48,668 bases of DNA from a virus (Duplodnaviria > Caudoviricetes): positions 1-48,668 of IMG/VR virus record IMGVR_UViG_3300037467_002484; one strand, given 5' to 3'. Made by a program: the position numbers and the translations under genes. Every line of letters begins with the position of its first letter. The first letter of the stretch is position 1. This document shows, in pieces, positions 34,208 to 43,363 of this stretch. The notes below the pieces were generated by a model, which did not search any database, was not told the DNA's origin, and saw only the letters and a program-made list of their open reading frames with translations.

Positions 34208-35692
34208 ATGCGCTCGATTCCCGTTTCGCAGCTGGTCCAAGTCAACCCCGGCGTCCTCGCTGCGGCGGGGTCCCTGAGCAGCCTGATCGGTCTGGTTCTC
34301 ACCAATTCCACCAGTGTTCCGATCGACCAACCCATCTCGTTCGCGACCGCAGACGACGTCGGCAAGTACTTCGGCTACACGTCCGACGAATACGTCAAGG
34401 TCGCATCGGTGTACTTCGCCGGACCGACCAATGCCTCCAAGGCGCCGAGCAGCCTGCTCTTCGCCCAGTACCCGTCGGCCGACGTGGCGGCGTATCTGCG
34501 CGGCGCCCGACTGGGCCTGACGATCGACCAGCTCAAGCTGTTGAGCGGCACGATCTCCGTGACCATTGACGGCGTGGCCAATACGTCGTCCTCGGTCGAT
34601 CTGTCGGCCGCCACCAGCTTCTCCAACGCGGCCACGATCATCCAGGCAGCCTTCACTTCGCCGAACTTCTCGGTTGTCTACGATTCGCAGCTCGACGCGT
34701 TCAAGTTCGTGTCCAGCACGGCTGGCGTCACCACGACTGCCGGCTATGCGACCGCAGGTACGCTGGCCACGGCACTCAAGCTGACCCAGGTCGCCGGTGC
34801 AGTCGTGTCCCAGGGTGCTGCCGCGGCGACCCCGAGCGCGTTTATGAGCGCCCTGCTCAATGTCAACAGCACGTGGAGCCTGTTCACTACGGTCTTCGAA
34901 CCGGACACGGCCGGCAAGACGTCGTTCTCGGCCTGGACGAGTCTGCAGGGTGACCAGTACGCCTACGTCGGCTGGGACTCGGACCCGAACGCCAAGGTCG
35001 CTGGCAACTCGTCGACCTGGGGCTACGCGGTCAAGCAGGCTGCTGACAGCGGCACGGTGCTGATCTACGGCGACCTCACCCACGCAGCTTTCGTGCTGAG
35101 CTACGCGGCGTGCCTCGACTTCGCCCGTCTGAACGGCCGCTCGACGGCGGCGTTCAAGTCGCAGGCCGGCCTGGTCGCGTCCGTCGACAACGCCACCGAC
35201 GCGCAGGCGCTGCTCGGCAATGGGTACAACTTCTACGGCATCTACGGCACCGGCTCCCAGCAGTTCAACATGCTGCAAAACGGATCGGTCTCCGGCGATT
35301 ATCTGTGGCTGGACTCGTACCTCGACCAGATCTGGCTGCGCGCTGGCCTGCAGCTGGCGCTGCTCAACCTGCTCATGTCGGTCGGTTCGGTGCCTTACAA
35401 CACCGACGGCTACTCGCTGGTGGACGCGGCCTGCGCTGATCCGATCGATGCCGCCAAGAACTTCGGAGCGATTCGTGCCGGCGTGCTGCTCTCCGCCAGC
35501 CAGGCGCAGCAGCTGAACCAAGCGACCGGCGTCGATGCGGCGTCCGTCGTGCAATCGACCGGGTTCTTCCTGCAGGTCAACCCGGCGAGTGCCACCGCCC
35601 GGGCGGCTCGTCAAACGCCGCCCATCACGCTGTACTACACCGACGGCCAAAGCATCCAGAACATCGTGATGGCCGCCATCGAAATCCAGTAA
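34208..35692 (+). CDS. Tail sheath protein (DUF3383)
   Basis: IP.S..V.VNPGVL, YFG, NGYNFYG, W.DSY..QIWL, PY...G, YTDG.SIQ. Confidence 0.9.
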   Translation: MRSIPVSQLVQVNPGVLAAAGSLSSLIGLVLTNSTSVPIDQPISFATADDVGKYFGYTSDEYVKVASVYFAGPTNASKAPSSLLFAQYPSADVAAYLRGARLGLTIDQLKLLSGTISVTIDGVANTSSSVDLSAATSFSNAATIIQAAFTSPNFSVVYDSQLDAFKFVSSTAGVTTTAGYATAGTLATALKLTQVAGAVVSQGAAAATPSAFMSALLNVNSTWSLFTTVFEPDTAGKTSFSAWTSLQGDQYAYVGWDSDPNAKVAGNSSTWGYAVKQAADSGTVLIYGDLTHAAFVLSYAACLDFARLNGRSTAAFKSQAGLVASVDNATDAQALLGNGYNFYGIYGTGSQQFNMLQNGSVSGDYLWLDSYLDQIWLRAGLQLALLNLLMSVGSVPYNTDGYSLVDAACADPIDAAKNFGAIRAGVLLSASQAQQLNQATGVDAASVVQSTGFFLQVNPASATARAARQTPPITLYYTDGQSIQNIVMAAIEIQ

Positions 35693-35707
35693 GGGAGCCG
35701 AATAACC

Positions 35708-36139
35708 ATGCGCACTCTCACCTCTGCAAATTCGTCGTTCGCTCTGGCCGTCGTGCCGGCGATCCCGGCTCCCCAGTTGCTCAAGGGTTACGCCACCGAC
35801 GACACGTTCATGGTCGGCGCGGTCGAAGAAGCCCAGACCCTGATGGGCGTGGACGGCAAACTGTCCGCCGGCTTCGTCTTCAACCCGTTCAAGATGACGA
35901 TCACGCTGCAAGGCGACTCCGAATCGAACGATCTGTTCTCCATCTGGTCGATGTACCAGCGCGTCACGAAGGAAGTGGCCGTGGCTTCGGCTACCATCAT
36001 CCTGCCGAGCATCAGCAAGAAGTACATCTGCTCGAAGGGCTTCCTCACCTCCAAGACCCCGTTCCCCGACGCGAAGAAGATCCTGCAGCCGCGCCGCTAC
36101 GAGATCACCTGGGAGCTCATCGTCGAGGCTCCGAATTGA
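35708..36139 (+). CDS. Tail tube protein
   Basis: T.TSANS, GY.TDD, MGVDGKLSAG; follows the sheath. Confidence 0.85.
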   Translation: MRTLTSANSSFALAVVPAIPAPQLLKGYATDDTFMVGAVEEAQTLMGVDGKLSAGFVFNPFKMTITLQGDSESNDLFSIWSMYQRVTKEVAVASATIILPSISKKYICSKGFLTSKTPFPDAKKILQPRRYEITWELIVEAPN

Positions 36140-36140
36140 T

Positions 36141-36590
36141 ATGGCCCGCAAGACTGCCACCGTCAAGATCGAGGAAGAAGGGCGAGATCAAGGAAAGATC
36201 TTTCTCTTGACGGAGATGCCTGCCACCCAGGCCGAACTCTGGGCGATCCAGGTGTTCATGTCGATGGCCAAGGCAGGGGTTCCGGTGCCGGAGGACTTCA
36301 AGTCCCTCGGCATCGCCGGTCTCGCCCGTATCGGCCTGAGCTCGCTCAGCAGCCTGTCATTCAAGGACGCCAAGCCGTTGCTCGAAGAGCTCTTCACCTG
36401 CGTGAAGATCATCCCCGACGTGAACAACCAGAACTACTCGCGAGACCTACTCGAGTCGGACATCGAAGAGATCGGAACACGCTTGAAGCTGAGGCTGGAT
36501 GTGCTGAAGCTCCACTTCGATTTTTTGAAGGCCGTCAAGCCCTTGATCTCGGGGCAGGCTTCGGCGGCAGCGGAATCGAAGACCGGCTAG
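36141..36590 (+). CDS. Tail assembly chaperone (gpG-like)
   Basis: GRD.GK.F..TEM.A, DIEE..T...LR; between tube and tape measure. Confidence 0.82.
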   Translation: MARKTATVKIEEEGRDQGKIFLLTEMPATQAELWAIQVFMSMAKAGVPVPEDFKSLGIAGLARIGLSSLSSLSFKDAKPLLEELFTCVKIIPDVNNQNYSRDLLESDIEEIGTRLKLRLDVLKLHFDFLKAVKPLISGQASAAAESKTG

Positions 36591-36763
36591 CGGAGTACAC
36601 CAACGTGCCGAAGACCATCGCAACGGTGGTCTCGGCACGGATGGCCACGCTCCACGAGCTAGACACAGTGTATGGCCCCAGAGATCTCTGGTGGATGCTT
36701 GAGATCAACACGATCGACCGGCACAACCAGAACGTAGTTGACACTCAGGAGACGAAGCAATGA
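36521..36763 (+). CDS. Tail chaperone -1 frameshift extension (gpT-like)
   Basis: Slippery T TTT TTG at 36521-36527; -1 frame open to TGA 36761-36763 (YTNVPKTIATVVSARMATLHELDTVY). Confidence 0.75.
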   Translation, partial: FFEGRQALDLGAGFGGSGIEDRLAEYTNVPKTIATVVSARMATLHELDTVYGPRDLWWMLEINTIDRHNQNVVDTQETKQ

Positions 36764-38694
36764 GCAACGCGACCGTAATCGACGCACTGGTGGTTACGCT
36801 CGGGCTCGACGACTCCGACTACGAGAAGAAGTACAAGCAGCTTCTCGAGAATCAGAACAAGCTGTCTCTTGATCTCGAGGCCAACTCCAAGAAGGACCGG
36901 GACAATTGGAAGAAGACCGGCGAGGCCATCGACGGCGTCAAGAACCAGGTGCTTGGTCTCCTGGCTGCCCTTGGCGCCACGATGGGCTTCAAGCAGTTCT
37001 TGGTCGACAACATCCAAGGCCAGGCGGCGCTCGGTCGCCTGAGCGACAATCTCGACATCAACGCTAAGCGACTCGAGGCCTGGGGCCTGGTTGCCCAGGA
37101 GGTCGGTGGCCAGGCAAGCGACGCCTTCACGGCTCTGCAGAACGTAGCTGGTGGCTTGGCTGAGGCCGCCATCAAGGGACACAGCGGATTCACTGACGCC
37201 GCTCGCGCCAACGGTGTCGTGCTGACTGATGCACAGGGCCGACTGCTCGACTATGAGCACGTTTTGATCAACGTCTCCAAGCGGATGAAGGAGCTACCCC
37301 GCCAGCAGGCGATGTGGCTCGCGAACCAATTGGGCGTCGGTTCGATGTTCAACGAGCTGGAGCTCGGACCTCAGGAGCTTCAGAGTCGACTGGAGCACGC
37401 GGCTCAGCTCTCCAAAGTCACCGATGAAAGCGTGCGTCGAGCCCAAGAGCTTCAAAAGCAGTGGGCAGACATTCGGCAGCGCTTCAAGGCGGCAAGCGAG
37501 ACGGCGTTCTCGGCCCTGGCTCCGCATCTCGAGAGGCTGCTCGAGCGGTTCACCAATTGGCTCGATTCGATTGATTGGGACACAGTCGGGTCCAAGCTGG
37601 AGAAGCTCGTCGACCAGGTTGGAGACGTCATCGAGGAGTTCGGCGGCTGGAAGGTCGCGGCCATCGCCGTCGGAGCTGCGCTGTCCTTGAAGCTGCTGGC
37701 TCCGCTGCTTGGCATCATCAGCGCCATCCCCAAACTCAGCATGGGAACCAGCGCCATCAGCTCATTTGGTACCGCGCTTGCTGCCATCGATCTGACCGCG
37801 TTGGCAGGTGTACTTGCCGCGGCCGGCATCGTGTACTCGCCGACGTTAGGCGGGAAGAAGCGGGCCGATGGCAGCTATGACGATGAGGCTGCGCGTCCCA
37901 CTGGTACCGCTCCTGGCATGGACAACGCGTCGCTGTGGGCTAAGGTCCACGGGCAAAAGAGTAGCTACCTCGGCACGGCCATGAGCGCTGCACTTGTGCT
38001 TGCGCAGCGCACGTACAACGATCAGATGGACTTCAACACGATCGAAGCCCAGGCCAAAGACATTCTGAACGGGAAGTGGACTGAGAAGGACTCCAAGGGC
38101 ACGAATGCAGACCCGGAGGCTGGCCGCTCTAAGACCGCTTCCACCAATGCTGAGCTGTTTGCTCGACTGGAGAAGGAGCACAACCTTCCTGCCGGGCTGT
38201 TGAACAGCGTCTACATGGCTGAGTCCAGTGGCGGAAAGAATCTCCTGTCTCCGAAGGGCGCCCAAGGTCCGTTTCAGATGATGCCGGCAACCGCCGCTCA
38301 GTACGGGCTACGCGGGGACGATGTCTACGACACGTCCAAGTCGGCCTCCGCGGCTGCAGCGTACCTGGACCACTTGAAGACCATGTTCCACGGGGATATG
38401 ACGAAAGCCGTGGCCGCGTACAACGCTGGCGAGGGCAACGTCCAGAAGTATGGAGGCGTGCCTCCGTTCGAGGAGACTCAGGCCTACGTAGGCAAAGTGC
38501 TGGGAGGCATCAAAGTCGGTGCTGGATCCAACGTGGCCAGCGCTCGTCCGTCGGTGAACAACACAACTGAAACACACATCGGCAAGATCGAGGTACATAC
38601 CCCGGCAACCAACGGGGTCGGAGTCGCCAACGATATGCGGCGTGACATCGAGCAGAACGGCCTCATCGCCCAAGTCGACACCGGATTGAACTGA
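36760..38694 (+). CDS. Tape measure protein with C-terminal SLT lytic transglycosylase domain
   Basis: VID.LVVTLGLD start; helical body; AESSG, GAQGPFQMMPAT, AAYNAG, PPFEETQAYV. Confidence 0.88.
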   Translation: MSNATVIDALVVTLGLDDSDYEKKYKQLLENQNKLSLDLEANSKKDRDNWKKTGEAIDGVKNQVLGLLAALGATMGFKQFLVDNIQGQAALGRLSDNLDINAKRLEAWGLVAQEVGGQASDAFTALQNVAGGLAEAAIKGHSGFTDAARANGVVLTDAQGRLLDYEHVLINVSKRMKELPRQQAMWLANQLGVGSMFNELELGPQELQSRLEHAAQLSKVTDESVRRAQELQKQWADIRQRFKAASETAFSALAPHLERLLERFTNWLDSIDWDTVGSKLEKLVDQVGDVIEEFGGWKVAAIAVGAALSLKLLAPLLGIISAIPKLSMGTSAISSFGTALAAIDLTALAGVLAAAGIVYSPTLGGKKRADGSYDDEAARPTGTAPGMDNASLWAKVHGQKSSYLGTAMSAALVLAQRTYNDQMDFNTIEAQAKDILNGKWTEKDSKGTNADPEAGRSKTASTNAELFARLEKEHNLPAGLLNSVYMAESSGGKNLLSPKGAQGPFQMMPATAAQYGLRGDDVYDTSKSASAAAAYLDHLKTMFHGDMTKAVAAYNAGEGNVQKYGGVPPFEETQAYVGKVLGGIKVGAGSNVASARPSVNNTTETHIGKIEVHTPATNGVGVANDMRRDIEQNGLIAQVDTGLN

Positions 38695-38695
38695 C

Positions 38696-39289
38696 ATGAG
38701 CAACGCGTCCAAGGCCATCCTCATCGCTGGCGCCACGGAGCTCTACGACCTCCTGGCTCCTCACTACACCCAGTGGGCGATTTACTCGGCAGGGACCTCT
38801 GACGAGGCCATCCTTGCCGACAGCTTCGCTACGATTGCCGTCAAGGGAGAGGCTAGGGTCTCGACGTTTCCTGTTGAGCAGGGCGCCTTCTCCACTTACA
38901 ACAAGGTACAGGTACCCAAGTCGATCCGGATTCAGCTGACGTGCATGAACAAGCTGATGAGTCGTGACGACTTCCTTCGTCAGCTCGACTATATGGTCTC
39001 CAGCATCGACAAGTACGACGTGGCGACCCCGGACGCGTTCTACGAGGACATGACAGCTTCCTCGTACGACTACAAGCGTACGAGTCGAGACGGCGCTACC
39101 ATGCTCACTGTCGAGGTGGTCTTTGAGGAGGTACGCGAGACCGGATCGGCAACGTACTCGGTCACCACATCGGCGTCGCAGGTCAATAGCACCTCTCCCA
39201 GTGCTGCCACCTCCAAAAATGCTGGTACAGCCACAGTCTCGCAGCCTACGCCCGCCGAGCTCCTGGCTCTGCAAAGGGGGATTCAGTGA
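38696..39289 (+). CDS. Baseplate/tail tube initiator protein
   Basis: S.FPVEQG.F..YNKV..P motif; follows the tape measure gene. Confidence 0.75.
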   Translation: MSNASKAILIAGATELYDLLAPHYTQWAIYSAGTSDEAILADSFATIAVKGEARVSTFPVEQGAFSTYNKVQVPKSIRIQLTCMNKLMSRDDFLRQLDYMVSSIDKYDVATPDAFYEDMTASSYDYKRTSRDGATMLTVEVVFEEVRETGSATYSVTTSASQVNSTSPSAATSKNAGTATVSQPTPAELLALQRGIQ

Positions 39290-39600
39290 TGCTGTCCATC
39301 ACCTTACAACCAACTGCTTCTCAGTCGCTGACTGCTAATCTTGCAGGTCAGCGTTGCTTCATAGAGATCTACCAGAAATCGACCGGCCTGTTCATGGACC
39401 TGACGGTCAACGGCTACCCGGTGCTGAATGGGCAGCTGTGTCTGCGCCGAGTCCGCCTGGTCCGCTTGGCCTACCTTGGCTTCATCGGTGACCTCGTCTT
39501 CCTCGATACTCTGGGAGATGACGATCCGTATTACACCGGTCTTGGCTCCAGGTGGAAGCTGCTGTACTTGACTAACGCCGAAGTGGAGACTTACTCGTGA
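39286..39600 (+). CDS. Small baseplate protein
   Basis: YLGF.GDL.F.DT.G..DP.Y.GLGSR..L.Y. Confidence 0.75.
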   Translation: MMLSITLQPTASQSLTANLAGQRCFIEIYQKSTGLFMDLTVNGYPVLNGQLCLRRVRLVRLAYLGFIGDLVFLDTLGDDDPYYTGLGSRWKLLYLTNAEVETYS

Positions 39601-40508
39601 GCTTCATCAGGCGAAAGATCGATGTCCAGCTGGCCCTCGACGGCGACACGTTCGACGGAAGTAACAACATGGTCCTGCTGAGCGGGCTGCGCACGATCGC
39701 CTCGATCCGCAGCTACACCGGCAGCACGGGCTCCTTCATGTCCCAGCTGGAGATCTCGATCTTCGGAATGAAGAACCAGGACATGGCGAAGCTATCGACC
39801 CTGGGGTTCAGCGCCGGTACCTTCCGAAGGAACTTGATCAACGTCTTCGCTGGAGATGACAGCAAGGGCATGTCGCAGGTCTTCAGTGGCGGCATCACGT
39901 ACGGCAACGTGAACTACAACGGCATGCCGGATGTAGGAGTTACACTGATCGCCTCAGCCATGGCAAACGCCCAGTACAACGCCATCGCAGCCAGCAGCTA
40001 CAAAGGATCGATGAACGTCTCGACGATGCTTGAAGGCATCGCGAAGGCGGCCAACCTGAACTTCCTCAACGCCGGCGTCGATGCCAAGCTGAGTAACCAC
40101 GCTGTAGGCGGTACCGCGATCGATCAGATCAAGGACATCTGCCGAGCGGCAAACGTGAGCCACTCCATCCAGAACAATACGCTTGTTATCTGGCCCGCAG
40201 GTGCTAGCCGCGACTCGACTGTCATCAACATCGGACCAGACACTGGGCTGGTTGGGTACCCGATGTACGTCATCAACGGCGTCGAGGTCGTTTCTGAGTT
40301 CAACCCAGAGGTCGAGGTCGGTCGGACTGTGAACATCACGTCCTCGACGCCCGACCCGATCGCTGGTGGAGCCCCCGTGCCAGGAGCCAACGGCCAGTTC
40401 TACGTGTGGGGCGTCTCCCACGACTTGGCGGCCGAGCTGCCCAATGGTCCGTGGTTCACTCGACTTCAACTAGGTGTGAGCAAGTACAATGCCAACGCAG
40501 CCAGCTAA
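39597..40508 (+). CDS. Baseplate hub protein
   Basis: VFAGD, F.G.I, TGL.GYP, H.L....PNGPWFT; position. Confidence 0.75.
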   Translation: MSFIRRKIDVQLALDGDTFDGSNNMVLLSGLRTIASIRSYTGSTGSFMSQLEISIFGMKNQDMAKLSTLGFSAGTFRRNLINVFAGDDSKGMSQVFSGGITYGNVNYNGMPDVGVTLIASAMANAQYNAIAASSYKGSMNVSTMLEGIAKAANLNFLNAGVDAKLSNHAVGGTAIDQIKDICRAANVSHSIQNNTLVIWPAGASRDSTVINIGPDTGLVGYPMYVINGVEVVSEFNPEVEVGRTVNITSSTPDPIAGGAPVPGANGQFYVWGVSHDLAAELPNGPWFTRLQLGVSKYNANAAS

Positions 40509-41196
40509 CACCCAGCGCCAGGGCGCCGGCACCAGCCAGCTCGATGTCCTGGAGTTCTTCTTCCGGCAGTCGGCCGCCAAGCTGCGAACCGCGACGATTG
40601 TCAAGGTGCTGGCTGTGACCAATGCCGGCGAGCTCGAGCCGGTCGGGTTTGTGGACATTCAGCCCCTGGTCCAGCAGGTCGACGGTATCGGGAACGTCAC
40701 ACCTCTGCCGCCCGTCTACAACGTCCCCTATCTCCGGATCCAGGGTGGAACCGACGCAGTCATCCTGGACCCCAAGGTCAATGATCTGGGCATCGCCGTC
40801 TTCGGCGACAGGGATCTGTCAGCCGTCGTGTCCGCGAAGGACCAGGGACCTCCAGGATCGCTCAGGATGCATTCTCTGGCCGACGCCATGTACCTCGGAG
40901 GCCTGCTGAACGGGACTCCGTCTCAGTACGTCAGATTCAGCTCAGGAGGCATCGAGGTCGTCTCGCCCACTAAGATCCTTCTGTCAGCGCCGAGTGTGGA
41001 AATTGACGCCTCGACCCAGCTCAAGATGGTGTCGCCGGACATCCAGGAGGAGGGTCCAGTTCACATCACAGGGGACCAGACGAACGACGGCAAGATCACA
41101 GCTCAGGGCGATGTGATCGGCGAAGGCACCAGCCTCCATACTCATAAGCATTCTGGCGTCACAACTGGCAGCGGCCAGACAGGAGCCCCGGTATGA
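40489..41196 (+). CDS. Baseplate spike (gp138/gpV-like)
   Basis: VDIQPLV, PY.R.QGG, DRD.S, C-terminal HTHKH metal-binding tip. Confidence 0.85.
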   Translation: MPTQPANTQRQGAGTSQLDVLEFFFRQSAAKLRTATIVKVLAVTNAGELEPVGFVDIQPLVQQVDGIGNVTPLPPVYNVPYLRIQGGTDAVILDPKVNDLGIAVFGDRDLSAVVSAKDQGPPGSLRMHSLADAMYLGGLLNGTPSQYVRFSSGGIEVVSPTKILLSAPSVEIDASTQLKMVSPDIQEEGPVHITGDQTNDGKITAQGDVIGEGTSLHTHKHSGVTTGSGQTGAPV

Positions 41197-41543
41197 AGAC
41201 CCTCAAGCTCAACACCAACTGGGACCTGACACTCGATCCATTCGGCAACATCCAGCTAGGCGACGCCGACGAATCGATCGCCCAGGACGTGGCCAGCGCC
41301 GTACGGACGTTCCTAGGCGAGTGCTGGTACAACTCGCTGCTGGGGCTTCCGTACTTCGAGAGCATTCTGGGCCAGCGGCCCGCCACGTCGTTTTTGAAGA
41401 ACAAGATCCAGGCAGCCGCACTGACCGTGCCTGAGGTGACCGGTGTCTCGGTCGCGAATCTGGGTCTGGCCAGCCGAAAACTTACAGGCACGATCTACGT
41501 CACGACGGCGGTCGGCGCCACTCCCATCGAGGTGACCTTCTGA
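41193..41543 (+). CDS. Baseplate wedge protein (gp25/gpW-like)
   Basis: WDL.LD..GNI, AQDVASA.RTF.GECWY...G.PY. Confidence 0.78.
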   Translation: MKTLKLNTNWDLTLDPFGNIQLGDADESIAQDVASAVRTFLGECWYNSLLGLPYFESILGQRPATSFLKNKIQAAALTVPEVTGVSVANLGLASRKLTGTIYVTTAVGATPIEVTF

Positions 41544-42757
41544 TGACGACGTCCAATGTTCCCAAGATCCAGTTTACGCCGACTGGAGTCGTCCTTCCTG
41601 AGGAGGCCGACATCCTCGCTGGCGTGCAGGCAGACCAGGCAGCCGCGTTTGGCGGGAACCTGAGCCCCAGCTTGAGCTCGCCGCAGGGACAGCTCGCGCA
41701 GAGCTCGACCGCCATCATCGGCGACAAGAACAACGAAATCCTGAACATGGTGAATCAGGTCAACCCTGACACGTCGAGCGGTCGTTGGCAGGACGCGATC
41801 GGTCGAATCTACTTTCTGGATCGGATCGCCTCGTCGGGCACAGTTACCCAGGCCATCTGCGTCGGATTGGTCGGAGCAGTTATCCCGGCTGGATCACTAG
41901 CCCAAGACACTAATGGCTACGTCTATCGATCACTGGCAGACGCCACGATCGGGTCGAGTGGCTCGGTGACGGTCAGCTTTCAGTGTCAGACGACTGGCCC
42001 CATCCAGTGTCCGATCGGAGCCCTGAACACCATCTACAAGGCGGTGACCGGTTGGGACTCTATCTCGAACACCTCCCCTGGCGTGGTGGGCACAAACGTC
42101 GAGAGCCGAGCAGACTTCGAAAACCGTCGAAAGAACTCGGTGGCCGCCAACGCCGTCAACTCTCCACAAGCGATCTATGGAGCCGTGCTCGATGTCGAGG
42201 GTGTACTAGACGCCTACGTGATCGACAACCCGACTGACGCTGCTGTGAACACTGGTTCCACCAACTATCCGGTTGCCGCTCACTCGGTCTACGTGGCCGT
42301 GGTGGGCGGCGCCGTGGCCGACGTGGCCAAAGCCATCTGGAGCAAGAAGTCGCTCGGATGCAACTACAACGGCACCACGACCTACGTTGTCGAGGACGAC
42401 AACTACTCGACTCCCAAGCCACAGTACACCGTCAAGTGGGTCACTCCCACTCCACTACCGATCTACTTCCAGGTCACGATCGTCAACAACCCGAACATGG
42501 TTTCGAACGTCACCGATCTGATCAAGACGGCTATCGTGAATGCGTTCAACGGTGTTGACGAAGGTACTCGCGCCCGCATCGGAGCCACGATCTACTCCGG
42601 CCGCTACTACCCGGGCATCGCCGGCGTCGATCCGAACGTCGAGATTCTATCGGTCTTTTTGGGCGCCACTGCGTCGCCTACTGGTACGTCGATCACAGTT
42701 GGCATCGACCAATCACCTACACTCGATCCGGCCAATATCTCGGTGGTGCTGTCATGA
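41543..42757 (+). CDS. Baseplate J-like protein
   Basis: PQGQLA, G.WQD.IGRIYF..R, ESRADFE.RR, HS.YV.V.GG. Confidence 0.88.
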   Translation: MTTSNVPKIQFTPTGVVLPEEADILAGVQADQAAAFGGNLSPSLSSPQGQLAQSSTAIIGDKNNEILNMVNQVNPDTSSGRWQDAIGRIYFLDRIASSGTVTQAICVGLVGAVIPAGSLAQDTNGYVYRSLADATIGSSGSVTVSFQCQTTGPIQCPIGALNTIYKAVTGWDSISNTSPGVVGTNVESRADFENRRKNSVAANAVNSPQAIYGAVLDVEGVLDAYVIDNPTDAAVNTGSTNYPVAAHSVYVAVVGGAVADVAKAIWSKKSLGCNYNGTTTYVVEDDNYSTPKPQYTVKWVTPTPLPIYFQVTIVNNPNMVSNVTDLIKTAIVNAFNGVDEGTRARIGATIYSGRYYPGIAGVDPNVEILSVFLGATASPTGTSITVGIDQSPTLDPANISVVLS

Positions 42758-43353
42758 GAGTCCAATTAGCGGACGGCAGCTACTCCCTGGACGCGACGGC
42801 GACGCTACTGAGTCAGTATGCGAACAGCCCGATTATCACTGACTTGGTCGACTACTTCAACCAGTGGGTCGATCCGAATGCTGACCTCGATGCGTTTTAC
42901 GACTACGTCTGGAACGTACAGACGGCCCAGGGCTTTGGCTTGGACATCTGGGGCAAGATCGTCAATGTGCCGAGGCAGATTGTCATCGAGCCGCTGCCCG
43001 ACTATCTCGGCTTCGAGGAAGCGCTTCCTGGATCGTACCCGTTCAATCAAGAGCCGTTTTACTCAGGTCCCAGGACCGGCAACGTCTACACCCTGACCGA
43101 CGACGCCTATCGGGTCTTGATCATGACCAAGGCCCTGGCTAACATCAGCAGCTTCACGGCGCCATCGGTCAATGCTCTGTTGAGCTTCTTGTTTGCTGGG
43201 CGCGGTGACTGTCACGTCGAGGAGCTCGGAAACATGGCTATCCAGTACGTGTTCAACTTCGCTCTTCAGCCTTGGGAGGCCTCAGTCATCCAGCAGCCAC
43301 AGCTGATGCCTCGGCCAGCCGGCGTCAACGTCACCATTATCGTCAACCCGTAA
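42754..43353 (+). CDS. Baseplate wedge protein (DUF2612)
   Basis: SQYANSP, TA.G.GLD.WG.IV, L.DD.YR.LI..KA..NI, PRPAGV. Confidence 0.85.
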   Translation: MRVQLADGSYSLDATATLLSQYANSPIITDLVDYFNQWVDPNADLDAFYDYVWNVQTAQGFGLDIWGKIVNVPRQIVIEPLPDYLGFEEALPGSYPFNQEPFYSGPRTGNVYTLTDDAYRVLIMTKALANISSFTAPSVNALLSFLFAGRGDCHVEELGNMAIQYVFNFALQPWEASVIQQPQLMPRPAGVNVTIIVNP

Positions 43354-43363
43354 GGAACCGACC

